Shown here in pieces: positions 48,223-61,229 of a stretch of DNA of 64,000 bases (its first letter is position 1; the number at the start of each line of letters is the position of its first letter). The DNA lies in assembly GCA_004431415.1 (NCBI GenBank), contig QPMI01000109.1, forward strand, positions 62,001 through 126,000, written 5' to 3'. The notes under the pieces are model-generated. The model searched no databases, had not been told where the DNA came from, and was given only the letters and a program-made list of their open reading frames with translations. The DNA comes from Cyanophora paradoxa CCMP329. Its lineage: Eukaryota; Plantae; Glaucophyta. Both the position numbers and the translations under genes were made by a program.

Positions 48223-48444
48223 GGCTTGGAGGATCGGCCACTGAGTAGATTGGAATGTAACGAAACCAGAAGATAGCAGCAGGAATGAAATCGTGAGAGC
48301 TGGTATGTATTGCGGTTTACACATATGTACATTCATGCTGTCGATCGCGCTGGGATCGGTCTTTCCAGTGAGCCCCTTACGCTAGACGGGCCTCCTTCAG
48401 GCGTGGACCCCAGCCCTGCCGGGGCGGGGCGGGGCGCCTTGGGC

Positions 48445-51400
48445 TCAGAAGCGGAGCGCCGCGAGGGCGTTCTTCAGGTCCTCCTCCACCGCCGCCTGCC
48501 GCCGGCGCCCCGTTAGAAAGGAGCGCGCGCTGAAGAGGGCGGGGGCCGGCGCCTTGGTGGCGGGGTCGACGGGGGCGCTCTGGAGGGCCCCCGACGCGCC
48601 CTCGAGGAGCGAGGAGACGGGGGCGCCCTTCCAGGGCGTGCCCCCGGCGCCCGCCCCGCCCTTGCCCCGCCGCTTCCCGCTCGCCGCCGGCTTCTCGCGG
48701 CGGGGGACGGGGGCGGGGCTGGCGAAGCCGTGGGCTTCGGCGGCGGCGGGGTCACGGCGCTCCGGGGGGCGGCGGGCGTGGGCGCGGGCGGCTTCGTCGT
48801 CGACGGCCTCGGCCTCCTTGGAGAAGAGCAGGTCGTGCTCCGACGTCCCGAAGATCCCCAGCGTGGCGAGGAAGGCGAGGTGCGCCTCGAGCTCGGGGCC
48901 CGGCGCGCGCTGGCCGCCGTGCGTGGCGGCGAGCTGCAGCTGCGTCGGGCTCGTCGACGTGTCCTCCAGCTCGAACAGGTTCCTGAGGTTCGCGAACGAG
49001 AAGTAGCGGAACTGGTTCTCCTTCTCCAGCGCCGTCCGGTTCAGCCCCTCCTTGAAGACCTGCCCGCCCGCCGCCCCGCCGCCCCGTCAGCCGCCGCCTC
49101 CGCGCCAGCAGCGGGCGGGGCGGGGCGGGGCGGGCCTGGCGGCGGTAGATCTTCTCCTCGATGGTGTTGCAGGTGAGGAGCCTGCGCCCCGGAGCCGTCA
49201 GCGGGCGAGCACCCCAAAGCAGGCCGGGGAGAGGCGGGCCGGTAGACGACGACGTCGCGGGTCTGGCCGATGCGGTAGGCCCGGTCCACCGCCTGGTTGT
49301 CGCAGCTCGGGTTCCAGCTCGGGTCGACTGCCGCCCCCGCCCCTCGGCGCCCCGGCGGGGGTGGGGGGGCGAGGCGAGGGGGCGGACAGATGATGACGCG
49401 GTCGGCGCCGGTGAGGGTGAAGCCGAGGCCGCCGACCTGCGTGCTCAGCAGGAACGCCGTGATCGACTTGCGCCCGTTGAACCTGCCCCGACCCCGCCTC
49501 GGCCCCGCGCCGGCCAGGGCGGGCGGGGCGGGCGGGCGGGGCACTTGTCGATGAGGCGCTGGCGCTCGGCCGGCTCCTTCACCGAGCCGTCCACCCGCAG
49601 CAGCCGCACCCCCTGGCCCGCCCCCTCAGCGCCCCCGCGAGAGGCGCGGCGCGGGGCGGGGCGGGCGGACGGCGTCGGCGAGGGCGCGGTGGAGGATGTC
49701 GAGCATGCGCACGTAGCGCGCGAAGACCAGCACCTGCCCCCCGCCCGCCCCGTCAGGGGCGCCTGCTGGCGCGGGGCGGGGCGGGGCGGGGCGGGCCTTG
49801 TGGCCCTCGTCGGCGAGGCGGCGGACGAGCTGCACCGTGAACCGCAGCTTGGCCGACTGCTCCAGGATCACCTGCGCGCGCGCGTCGGCCCCCGTGAGGG
49901 GGAACGGGGCGAGGAGGGGCCGGCGGGGCGGGCCTCGGCGTCGGCGCTGGTGTCGATCTCGAGGGCCTCCACGAGGTCCGCCGGCGCCTCGCCCCCCTCC
50001 TCGTCCTCGTCCAGGTACCCCTCCGCCGCGTCCGCCCCCTCCTCGGCGGCCGCCTCCGCGCGGCGGCAGGCCTCGTGCAGGGCGGCCTGGCGGCGGCGGC
50101 GGGCGGCGGCGGTCTCCGGGGCGCGCAGGAGCAGGCGCGGGTGGTCGCAGATCTTCTTCATCACCGTCAGCTGCCCCCCGCCGCCCGGCCCGACGGTGAG
50201 CTCGAACGGAGGAGGCGGGGCGGGCCCTGCGGGACCTTGGGGAGGGCGGAGCGGGTGTCCCCCTCGCCGAGGCGGAGAAGCAGCTGCTCCACCTCCGGCA
50301 GCGAGAGGAACGAGCGGTAGATGCGCTCCTGGTCGGGGGAGAGGGGCAGCCAGATGATCAGGTCGTTCTTCTTCGGGAGCGACGAGCTGCGGCCCCGGCT
50401 CGAGGCGGAGCGAGGGCGGCGAAGATAGGCGGCGCACGGGGCGTTGACGTTCGTCGACGTCGGCGCGCCGGCCTCGGCGGGGGCCCCCTCGCCGTCCGGC
50501 CCGCGGAGGATCTTGACCTGCGTGTGCGGGCGGGCGGGTCAGCGGTGCGGGAGGAGGGCGCGGGGACGGGGCGCGGGCCTTCTCGCGGCGGAGGAAGTGG
50601 GGCCGGATGCGCTCGCGCAGCATGATCGAGCGCTCGTTCCCCAGCGCCTTCTCCCAGCTGCCAAGCCGGCGCCGTGAGGCGCGGCGCGGCGGGGGCGCCC
50701 CGCGGGGCGGCCCCGGCGCACTTGGAGGAGTCGGAGACGCAGGCCCTCTCGATGGGGTTGTTGAACTCGGCGGCGAAGGAGCGGCCGCCGCCGAGCAGCT
50801 CCGGCTGCACCACGCTGAACAGCGCCCTGCGCACGCCCGGTGCGCGTTAGCCGGGGCGGAGGGGCGGTGCGCACGGGGGCGGACCAGAGCTCGCGGAGGT
50901 TGTTCTGGATGGGGGTGCCGGTGAGGAGGACGCGGTGGCGGGCGCGGACGGCCCTGACGCCCTGCGAGCGCGCCGTCGCCGGGTTCTTCAGCAGGTGCGC
51001 CTCGTCGCACGCCACCACGTCCCACTGCCGCCGCGGGCTCAGCGGCGGGGGGAGGCCAGGCGGGGCGGGGCCCGGGGCGGGGGGCGCCTTGATCTTGTGG
51101 AGGAGGGAGGGGTCGCGGGCCTCGGCGAGCTCGTCCTCGTCGGCGTACTCCTCCGAGTCGTTCGTCCAGCGCCCGCCCTTGCCGGCCACGGGCGGCATCG
51201 CGAAGACGTCGGGGCGCGAGGCGAGCGTCTCGAAGGTCGTGAGGGCGATGCAGGGCTTGCCCGCCCCCGCCGCCACGAGGAGCTCCCGCACGGCCTTCTG
51301 GCGCCCGGGGATGCTGCCCCCGTGGATCTGGAAGACGCGGGCGAGGCGGCACCACTTGCCCGCCTTCTGGCGCCAGTGCTCGAGGAGGGACTTGGGGCAG

Positions 51401-53809
51401 ACGAGGAGGACGCAGCGGGCGAGCTGGCGGAAGAAGAGGCCGTGGAGGAAGGAGAGGAGGGTCACCGTCTTGCCCAGGCCCATGTCGTCCCCGAGGAGGG
51501 CCCCCTTGCGCTCCTTGTGCAGCCTGCCGCGCCCCGCGCTCAGCCGGGCTGCGGCAGACCTCGTGCCGGGGCCGGGGCCGGACCCGAAGAGCCAGGCGAC
51601 GCCCTCGCGCTGGTAGGGGAAGAGGCGCTCGTGGATCTTGCGCGGGAGGCTGTAGTCCGCCTCCCCCTCCAGCCCCCAGTCCCCGTCCTCGTCCTCCACC
51701 CACGTCCTGCCCCCGCCCCCGCTCGCAGGCGGGAGGGCGAGGCAGGCGGGGGGCGCACTGGTCGATCTTCTCGGTGGCGAAGCCGCCGCCGCCGAACATG
51801 ACCTCCTCCGCCTTCGCCGCCTCCTGTCCCTTCTTCTTCCGCGCCTTCTCGCGGCCGCGGCTGGCGTCGGAGTCGGCGCCCGACGACTCGTACTCCTCCT
51901 CCTCGTCCGCCTCGTCCGCCACGAAGCCGCCGTCGCCTGCCGCGGCGTCAGGCCGGCGGGGGGCGAAGGGACCGGCGAGGGGCGGCGGCGCACCCGAGCC
52001 GGCGTCGCTGCCGCTCTCAGCGACATAATCCTCGTCCTCGTCCTCGGCGCTGGCGCCGCGGCGCACGCGGGCGGCGGCGGCCTCCACCGCGCGTTCCTCG
52101 TCGCTGTCCTCCGCGTCGCACTGCCGTGCAGCGATCGACGAGAGCGCGGGCGGGAAAGATGGGAGCCGGGGCCGGCGGGGCGGGCGCACGTTGGCGGCAA
52201 TCTGGTCCGCGAGGCACGGGGCGGGGCGGCTGCGGGGGGCGGGTTCGGGGGCACGCCGGACGCCGCCGGCGCGCTGCTGGGCGCGGTGCTGCGCGATGGC
52301 CTCCAGGCCGCCGCGCGGCGCCGGCCCCCGCCGCTCCTGCCTCACCGGGCCCGCCTCCTCCTCCTCCTCGGCGCTCTCGCTCGCGTACGCGGCCGCCGGC
52401 GCGGGCGCGGGGCGGCCGCCCTCCGCCTCCGCCTCGGGCTCGGACTCGTCGTCCTGGTCGGAGGCGGCGCCGGGGTCGACCGCCGGCTCCCGCATCTCCC
52501 GCGCCGCCCGCGCCTCCCGCTCCGCCAGCGCCGCCGCCCGCCGGTCGTGCACCTGCCCGCCCCCGCCGCCCCCGTCGGCCCCGCCCCGCGCCGTGCCGCG
52601 CCGGAAAGAGGACGGCCGCACCATCTCGAAGTCGCCGAGGCAGACGGGGCCTGGAAAAGGAAGGGCGTGAGCGGGCTCGCGGGGAGAAGGAAGGGCGTCG
52701 CTCACAGGACCACTCCTCGCAGTCGGGGACGGCCTCCAAGTCGATGCACTCGAGGTGGTACGAGCGCGGGCAGCTGTCGCACATCAGGATCTCCCCTGCG
52801 CGCGCGTCGGAACCGGGTCCAGCGCGAAGGAGACAAAGAGGGAGAGCCGCGGCAGCGCGCACCGCCCCGGTCGCACACGGAGCACTCCTCGTCGTTCTGC
52901 ATCTGCTTCTCCGGCGAGGATTCGGAATCGTCGTCGTCTGAATCGACGACGATGACGCCCTGAACAGCCCCCGGCCCCGAGGCCGGCTCCCTCTTCACGG
53001 CAGCGGGCTTTACGGGGTTGGGCGCCGGCGAGGCGCGGGCCGCCATAGCGGGCCGGCCGCCCCCGATCGGCTCACCATCGCTCTCTTCATCGAGCTGGAT
53101 GGACAGTCAGCGCGAGAGATCGCACGTGCGCAGTAGGCGCGCACGGTGGCTGCGAGCTGGTCGGCAAGGCTACGAGGGGCGGAGTCGGACGCAGCCGTTG
53201 CGGCCGGCACGGCGTCGCCGGCCGTGTTGAGCTCCGGAGGAGTGCCATACTCTTCCTCGTCGCTGGCGGCCAGGCCAAGCTGCACGAGGTGGTCAGGATG
53301 GCGGAAATGACCGTTCGCGCGGGTCGTTGCCTCGGCAGCAAAGTCGTCCGCGAGGGATTTCCATGCCGAAGCGGGCTCTTCGATATCTTCCGGGCCTACG
53401 AGAGGCACGGGACGTGCAGGTGTCTGCGTGGGTGCTGCCGGTTGGCTGACCGCGGGGAGCGCCGCCTGATCGAAAGTAAGGCGGGAGGACGAGGCAGAGA
53501 AGAGAACTTGCACACAGCCAAGCTCGCGAAGCTGAAGACGGTGGGCGTGTCATCGGCCGCTGAAGAAGCGATCTGGGGCGCAGGAAGCTGCGGAGTGGGT
53601 GCGTCGTCTTCGTCGTCGCTAACGACCACACGGCGGGCCCTGACGCGCGCATCGGACTTCGAGGTTCACTTAAGGCGCTGTGCGCGACTCGGCGGCTCTG
53701 CAGGCGCGCCGGGGAAGTCGCACCTGCGGTTCTTGCGCACGCCGACCTCCTCCTCGTCGCTGTCGTCGACGCGGTTGAGCCCGACCGCTAAGTTTTCCTT
53801 ACCAGCCAT
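48445..53809 (-). CDS. SNF2-family translocase, ERCC6L/PICH (plant CHR24)-like, with N-terminal PHD finger
   Basis: [147 protein letters not shown]. Confidence 0.88.
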
Positions 53810-54149
53810 CTGCTGGTCTAGATTCGCTTCCCGGCGGACCAGGCCGTTCACTTAAGTTTGGCTGTACCCGGGAAGCCAGCTTTGACCTTCGCGGTCCTCC
53901 TTCGCGCACCGCGCACGATTCGGTGTGCGGAGACGACCTCCTACAGCTCGAAAAACCCGCGGCACAGCGCCGGGTGCGAGGATGCGCCGGGAGAAAGCGC
54001 GGCGCGCCGCGTACGCGTCGCTGACATCCTTCGCATCGCTCAGCGTCGCCTGGTTTGCGGGTTGCTTTGGGTGCAAGGGAGCGCGAGGTGCGCCTCAAGC
54101 CGCAAGCCCTAACAGTGCTCCTCTTGATCGTCCGCCATTCGCAGCAACC

Positions 54150-56054
54150 ATGGAGCCAGATCGAGAGGCGCCGGCGAAGCGTGCCAGGACGGACGGGTCC
54201 GATGTCGCCGAGAGCCCGATCGACACGCTTCCGAACGCGCTGTTGGAGCGCATCTTCGCGGAGCACTTCAGCGCGGCGGAGGCGTGGCTGACGGCGCGGG
54301 GGGCGTGCCGCAAGTTGCGGCAGCTTGTGGAGGCGATCGAATGGCGCGAGCTGAAGGCGCGGGGGACGCGGGCGGCAGCGTTCGAGACGCTCTCGGCGGT
54401 CGTTCGTGGCGGGCGGCTGCGGCTGAGCGGCGGAGGGTCTGCATCGGTGGAGCTGGAGATCGAATATCGGGATTTAGTTGATTTCGACGACGCCAGCGGC
54501 AGCGCCAGCAGTGCACAGGATCCGGATCTGGAGAGAGGGCTGCATGCGCAGCTGCTATCCGAGGTCGAGATCAACGCACTAGGACGGGCGGCGTGCGAAG
54601 CGCTTCGGGCGTGCACGCAGGCGGCTGGAGCGCTGCACCACGTCGGCGTGAACTACCGCATGTCCGCCTTGGACAGCATCCTGTTGCGCTTTGAACGCCA
54701 GCGCCGGAAGGCGATCGGCCGCGAGATCATTTCTTCTCAGATTATCGGCACTCTGTTTGCGCTGCGGCCCCCACTCTCGGCATCAAGCAGCCTGCTCAGC
54801 CTCAGCATCCGGCAAGAGCCAGCCCATCCCGAGGATGATGATCATCATGAAGAGGAGGAGCGGCGGGACGTCGGATCCGATTCAGGGCTGAAAGCCCTCC
54901 CGAACAAGTTCGACGTCAGTGCGGAAGCCTTCTTGTATGCGCTGGCCCCCTTTTCTGGTCTTCGGTCGCTCGTCCTCCCGAGCTGGGTGTGCTTCGACCG
55001 CGAGCAGCTCGGAGCGGTTGCGGGCTCGTGCCCCGACCTGCGGCGCCTCCACGTCCGTCTCCAGTACGACAGCGCTCTTCTCGGCTTGGCGCCGCTGTCG
55101 AAGGTGCCCTCGAGCTCGCCCTAAACATAGCTACATCTACACCGCACGACTCGACCACGTGCACGCTTCCGAGGCTCGCATTCATTTTCGTCGCAGCTCG
55201 AGGAGCTTCGCTGGTGGGAGAGCCAGCTCGTTCTTGGGGGTTCCTTCGTCGAATTCGCCACCACACCTGCAGGCCGGCATCTGCGAGACGTGGGGCATGC
55301 ACACATGTTCGAGTGCGTACTTTCATTATAGCTATAGCTAGCTATTCTCACCGATGTCGTTAAAGAGTTACCTGTATAGCTAACTCTTGCGATCGATCAG
55401 CGACTTCCTTTGCAAAGTATCACAGCCGATCGAGCTGCCGGCGTTGCTGGGGCTGGCGGCCATGGAGAGCCTGGAGCGCATGGTGTTCGGCGCGGGTCTC
55501 AACGCCCAATTCTTGCGCCTGCATCCGCCGCAAGAGACGCGAGAGGCCGTGGCGGCCATCGGCGCCTGCAGGAAGCTGGTGGAGCTCTCGTTTGCCTGCT
55601 GTCCAGGCTACGATGGCGCCGGGGCTGGGATCGTGCACGGCCTCGCGGACGCCATCGAGCGCTCGAAGAGCCTTCGCCACCTTGACCTCTGGATCCGTGC
55701 GCCCCGAGAATGGTTACGGAGAACTAAACATAGAGTGTGCCAATTCGCTTGTTGCTGTTTTGAGCCGCTCCCGCAGTCCTGCTGGAGGACGAAGCCTCAG
55801 CGGCTGAGGGCTGGGCCCCTTCTGAGGAGGCTCTGCTGCGACTCGTGGCTGCCGCCGCCCCCGTCCTCCGTTCGGCGACCGTCATCTATTGGCAGAACAG
55901 CCCTGAGCAGCAGACGCGCCTGTGGAGCTGCCTGCGGGCAGCGGGGCCCCTCGGGGAAGAGCTCGCGGGGCCAGCCGACCACGGCCTTAAAGTGGAGTGG
56001 CGCCGCGCGGAGAGCACCGTCCTTGCCGCCGCCTCACAGGTGCAGCTGCAATGA
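54150..56054 (+). CDS. F-box/LRR-like protein
   Basis: PAKRAR NLS-like, IDTLPNALLERIF..ARGACRKLRQL F-box, LRR-like FSGLRSLVL, CPDLRRLHV, CRKLVELSF, SLRHLDL. Confidence 0.75.
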
Positions 56055-56589
56055 GGGCCGCGGCGCGGGGTCGTACGTATACGTATACGTTGGTGCGCCA
56101 TGTATCATAGTATCAAGGGTACCTCGAGCGCGGGCCCTGTAAATGTACTTGTTCGAATTCGTACAATTTAAATATCCGATGATCGATATCCGGCCGCGAT
56201 GCGCGGCGGCCGGCACGTACGCATAGGCGTGCCTTGGTTCCAAGGATTCTTTTTCCCCGTCGACGTCCCCGGCCCGCGCCCCGATGCAGGATGCATATGC
56301 AACCGCATGCGCAAGCCGGTTGTAAAACTGTATTTTCATCTCTCACATCTGCGTCCCAGAATGCACAACTGCGAGGCACCAAAACCCGTAATTTCTACCT
56401 GCCAATATCGATCGAAAGACTGACTGAACTGTAAGGAATGGAGAATCGAACGGACTGCACTACGCAACAAGAAGCCGCCCCACGAACGGAGCCTACACAC
56501 TGAAGGGGCCGAGCGAACTAAGGGAGAAGAGGGAGGAGGCGGGGTCGGGAGGGGGGGCCGCGGGAAGCGGCGCGGGGCCGCGCGCGGGC

Positions 56590-59266
56590 TTAGTCGAAGG
56601 TCATCTTCGAGCCCTTGAACTCCTGGACGGTGCCGTCGCGCTTGCCCTTGGACATCGGCGCGCCACCCCGGCCGCCGCCGCGGCCGCGGCCGCCACGCCC
56701 GCCGCGGTCGCCGAAACCGCCGCGCCCGCGCCCGCCGCGCCCGCCGCGGTCACCGAAGCCGCCGCGGCCGCGGCCGCCGAAGCCGCCGCGCCCGCCGCGG
56801 TCGCCGCCGGAGAAGCGGCCGCCGCCGCGGCCGAAGCGGACGCCGCCGCGGCCGCCGCGGTCGCCGCCGGAGCTGCGGCCGCCGCCGGCGTAGTCGACGC
56901 GGACGGGCCGGCCGTCGAAGTCCTGCTCCGCGAGGGCCACGGCCTTGTCCGCCGCGTCCTCCTCCTCGAAGTCAACGAATCCCATACTGCGCGCCGGACG
57001 GTCGGCGGCCGCGCCGCGCGGTCGGGACGGGGCGGGGCGCGCGAACCCCTTCGGCTTGCCCATGTCGTTGAGGAGGAGGCGGACGTTGGAGACGGTGCCG
57101 CACTCGGAGAAGAACTCGCCGACGCTCTCCTCGGTCGCCGACCACGGCAGGTTCCCCACGTACACCGACTTGCACCCGGGCGGCTTCTCCGACGGGCCCC
57201 GCGCTGCACGCAGAGGAGCGCGTCAGCCACCGCGGGCGACGAGAGCGGCCCGGGGCGGGGTGGGGCGAGAGATTGGAGAGGCGGCAGGCGGGGGAATCAG
57301 CGTAGAAGTTTGAATCATATAGATCATGCCAAATTTCTGCATAATTATAACGGCATCATTTTGCCCGCGCGGCGGCGCCCCGCTAGCCCCGGGCCCGAGA
57401 GGCGACGCGGAGGACGCACAGGGGCGGCCTTCGCTGCCAGCGCCGGACTGCCGGGGCGGGCGCGCCATCTCGATCTTGAGCGAGCGGCCCATGTGCTCCG
57501 CCCCGTTCATCTCGAGCGCCTGCCCGCCGTCCGCGTAAGAAGCCGACAGAAATGAAAAGGATCGCGAAGGGAGCGGAGCCGCGGCGGACCTTCTGCGCCT
57601 GCTCCGCAGTCTCGAATTGGACGTGGCACGCGCCGCGGGGCTTGCCGGTGTCCTGGAACCGCGCAATGCGCACCTCCCTGCGCACGGCCATCAGCAAAAG
57701 CGGCCGGCCGCAATCGGGCAGGGCGGGGGCGAGGCAGGGGCGCACTGGATGCCCTCGCACTCGTTCTCCTCGAAGAAGGACTTAACGGCGTCCTCGTCGG
57801 CGTCGTAGCTCAGGCCGGTGACGTACACGGTGCTCTCCGCCCCGCCCTCGCCGTCGCCGCGCTGCTTCTTCGCCGCCGGGCCGCTCGCGTCGTCCGCCTT
57901 GCGCTTCTGACCGCCCTTGGGCGCCTCGTCGTCCTCCTCCTCGTCCTCGTCCTCGTCCTCCTCCTCGTCATCGTCCGCCTTCTTGGCGGGCGCGGCCGCG
58001 GGCTTCGCCTTCTTCGCCGCCGGCTGCAGGCGGGGATTAAAACCGGAAAAAAGAAAGGGGCGAGCAGGTTGAAGCTCACCTCCTCGTCGCTGTCCTCCTC
58101 ATCGTCCGACTCGTCCTTCTTGGCGGCGGGCTTGGCGGCCGGCTTAGCGGCCGGAGGGGCGGGCTTCTTGATCACGGGCTTCTGCACAGTGGGCCGTCAT
58201 GGCGCTGGGCTGCGAAAAGAAAGAAAGCGGGACAGCCGAACCTCATCCTCGTCGCTCTCCTCATCCGACTCGTCCTTCTTCGCGGCAGGCTTAGCCGCGG
58301 GCTTGGCCGCCGGCTTGGCTGCGGCCGCGGCCGCGGGCTTCTTGGGTGCGGGCTTCTCGTCTTCCGAAGACTCCTCGTCGGACGACTCCTTCTTGGCAGC
58401 GGGCTTGGCGGCGGGCTTGGCCGGAGCAGCCTTGGCCGCGGGCTTCTTAGGCGCGGGCTTCTCGTCCTCCGACTCCTCGTCTGACGACTCCTTCTTGGCG
58501 GCGGGCTTGGCAGCGGGCTTGGCCGGGGCAGCCTTGGCGGCGGGAGCCGCGGGCTTCTTCGGGGCCGGCTTCTCCTGCGAAGATGACGTACGTTAGCTAG
58601 AAGAATGACTCGCGCGTGCATAATGCGCGTACGCGCTAGGCGATCTAGCCTGCGTTCTTTGATCGCTGAATCGAAGTCACAGGGACAACTTGCTAGCAAG
58701 CGCGCGTCACTAAGGACGTATACGCGCGAATCGCACCTCCTCGGAATCCTCGTCCGACGACTCCGCCTTCTTAGCCGCGGGCTTGGCAGCGGGCTTGGCC
58801 GGAGCAGCCTTGGCAGCCGCAGCCGCGGGCTTCTTGGGGGCGGGCTTCTCGTCCTCCGAAGACTCCTCGGAAGACTCCTCCTTCTTGGCCGGCGCAGCCT
58901 TGCCCTGCTCACAGTTCGTGAGTGATCCGCGTGATCGCGATCCGCATCACGCGAAGATGGTCGCGCAGAGGCTAGGGCGGGCGTACGTTATGCATACGCG
59001 CACGCGGGAGCTAGGAGAGACTCGAGAAATATAGCGGGGACACGGGGATCGCGAGGGGGGACTGACCTTCGCGGGCGCGGCCTTCGCGGCGCCCTTGGCG
59101 GGGGCGATCACCTTGGGCTCCTCCTCAGACGAATCGTCATCGGAAGACTCCTGCTTCTTCTTCGGGGCCGGCTTAGCGGCGGGCTTGGCTGCGGGCTGCG
59201 CTCACGCCGTCATCGCCCGCTCGCGAGCGCACAGGCGGTACGTCATGTTCAAATCACCTTCGCCAT
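56590..59266 (-). CDS. Nucleolin-like (NSR1/Gar2-type) protein
   Basis: Alternating KPAAK/acidic-Ser repeats, two RRMs (VYVTGLSY..RGACHVQF; VYVGNLPW..KGFGFVDF), RGG tail and FKGSKMTFD C-terminus. Confidence 0.93.
57293..57363 (-). ncRNA. Intronic box C/D snoRNA (candidate)
   Basis: AT-rich island in an enlarged nucleolin intron: C-like AUGAUG (57359-57354), D' CAGA, C'-like AUGAU, D CUGA (57300-57297). The D guide UCAAACUUCUA is complementary to the conserved SSU rRNA segment UGGAAGUUUGA. Confidence 0.7.
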
Positions 59267-59491
59267 GGGTGCGGATGGGACGATCGCGGGCTGAAGTCGA
59301 CAGGCGACGAGAGAGACGAACTTGTTTTGGTCGAACCGGCGACTGGGTACGCTGGCGAACGATCGGCGGGGTACGTGGCTCAGTCCGGCTGGGGTCAGCG
59401 GGGGTCAGCTGCAGCCCGCCGTTCGCGCCGCATCCTCTCGTCACCTGGCGCTCGCCTGCGGCGACCCCGCGCAACTGCGGCGACTCCGCAC

Positions 59492-61133
59492 ATGGAAGAC
59501 GACGACTCGCACCTGGCACACCTCTGCGTGGCCGGCCTGTGCGTCTTCGCTTCCCTGCTCGTCGGCATTGGCGTGGCCTGGCGGCGCTACGCGCCCTTCA
59601 TCCGGCTTATCCACGCGCACTCGCCGGAATCTGCGGGTGAAGCAGCGCCTTCGCTGCCCTGCCGTAGCGCGAGCTGAACATTCCGTGCAGGACTTTTCAT
59701 GCTCTCGCCGGACAGTCTGAAAACGCAGAGCGCATTGGACGCCAAGTCGAAATGATCGGCTCGCATCGGGCGGGTTCCTGATCATGAGCCGTGCGCGAAT
59801 TCGAGGCAAGCCGCTCCGATCAATTGCTGTGCGTGCCTGCACTGTCATTCGCTTACGATAGTTGACGAAGATCGCAGGATCATGATCAAAATGCGATGCC
59901 TGCTTGCGCGCGCAACGGCCGCGGGCCGGCCGAATGCGCTTAAAGCCGCAACGTCAATGGAGCTCATCCCGAAGCGCCTGCAGCTTAGCAGTGCCACCTG
60001 AAGGTGGCAAGCCACTCCATCGTAAAGCCGCAGCAGCTGCGTCGCAGCTAGCAGCGCCGCTCCAGCATTTTGCAGTGCGGCTCACTGCAAGTCTTCTCGA
60101 CTTTAGCTGCGACTAATATTAATGCGTGTCTACTCCGATCGTCGAAGACCGCGACTAATTCAGTGTGCGCTGTACACTACTTGCAGGGAGTGCGCTTGTT
60201 GACGCAATTGCAATCAATGATATCGATGCTTTCAGTTGTACATGAAAACCTTCTCTTAATTCTCGGGCCTTCTGCGACTTGGGCTGACCGCCTGGGAGCT
60301 CTCCACGGCGGGGTCGTGTAGGCTAGAGGAGATTCTTAAATACAGGAGGAGCGAGTGCCGCGCCGCACTTCTAGCTCTTCTGCATCCCCGGAGCGAGGAC
60401 CTCCTCGTCTGGCGCCAGGATCAGCTATCGAGAGAACGGCGACCGCATGCGCAGGAGGCGCGCGCACTTCGCAGGATGACCCACACGTGCGAGTCGTCCT
60501 TTAACCTCGCGTTGACAACTTCGTTCATGTCCAGCAGCGTCCTGCACTGTGCGTTCAGCGGGTCCACGCAGAACTACGAAGGCAGGCACCCGTCCTCAAG
60601 AGCGATGGCCTTTGGCACGCCTGAGACGCGCGGATCAGACGACAGCTAGCGGAGAGGGAGAGCCTCAGGGCCCAAGCGCACCAAGCTCAACGCCGCTGTG
60701 CTGATCGTACCTCGCAATGCCCACGTTTCCAAGCCATCGGATGCGCTGCTGTCCCTCCGCGCACTGAACCTGCGAGCACATGTTCGAGCGCAAGAGGGTC
60801 GTCGACGTCAGCAGTGCGCGAGGTCGGGACTTCCGAGATCCTCGACGAGTTTAGCTAGCCGGCCAAGTTGGACAGTGAGCTGGCGCACCGGGATAGTCTT
60901 TTCTCTAACGTGCACGAAGATCCGCATAGCTAACAATGCAGTGCTTTGACGGAGGGGCGGTGGAGAGGGTCCTGGTGGCAAGCTCGCCTGGCTGGCAACG
61001 GAAGTTACAAATGCACCAGTTCACTTTTGCGAGGCGTATATACGCTCGTTGGTGGCGTGCGCTGCTTCCAGAGGAAGAAGTCTCCCTCTTCCAAAATTCG
61101 ATGGCTGTACCCGCCAACGCCAGCAGCCGCTGA
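59492..61133 (+). CDS. Hypothetical protein with N-terminal TM anchor
   Basis: MEDDDSHLAHLCVAGLCVFASLLVGIGVAWRR followed by plausible spliced exons ending ..VPANASSR*; exon linkage is uncertain. Confidence 0.35.
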
Positions 61134-61229
61134 GCAGCGGCTGAGCAGCCGCTGAGCAGCGAACGCGAGCAGCCGCAGCGGCACGCGCTGCAGGCACTTC
61201 TTTGAACTCTTTAGGTAGCCGGCCTCTCC

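Noticed and set aside
5500-53000. Hundreds of long Arg/Gly/Pro/Ala-rich ORFs in the six-frame track (e.g. 6776-8500, 46533-48332)
   Set aside because: Artefacts of very high GC and stop-poor introns; they are antisense to, or read through, spliced genes.
58060-58900. Tandem GCGGGCTTGGC repeats with spacer-like intervals (CRISPR-like look)
   Set aside because: They encode nucleolin KPAAK/acidic repeats; eukaryotic context and no cas genes.
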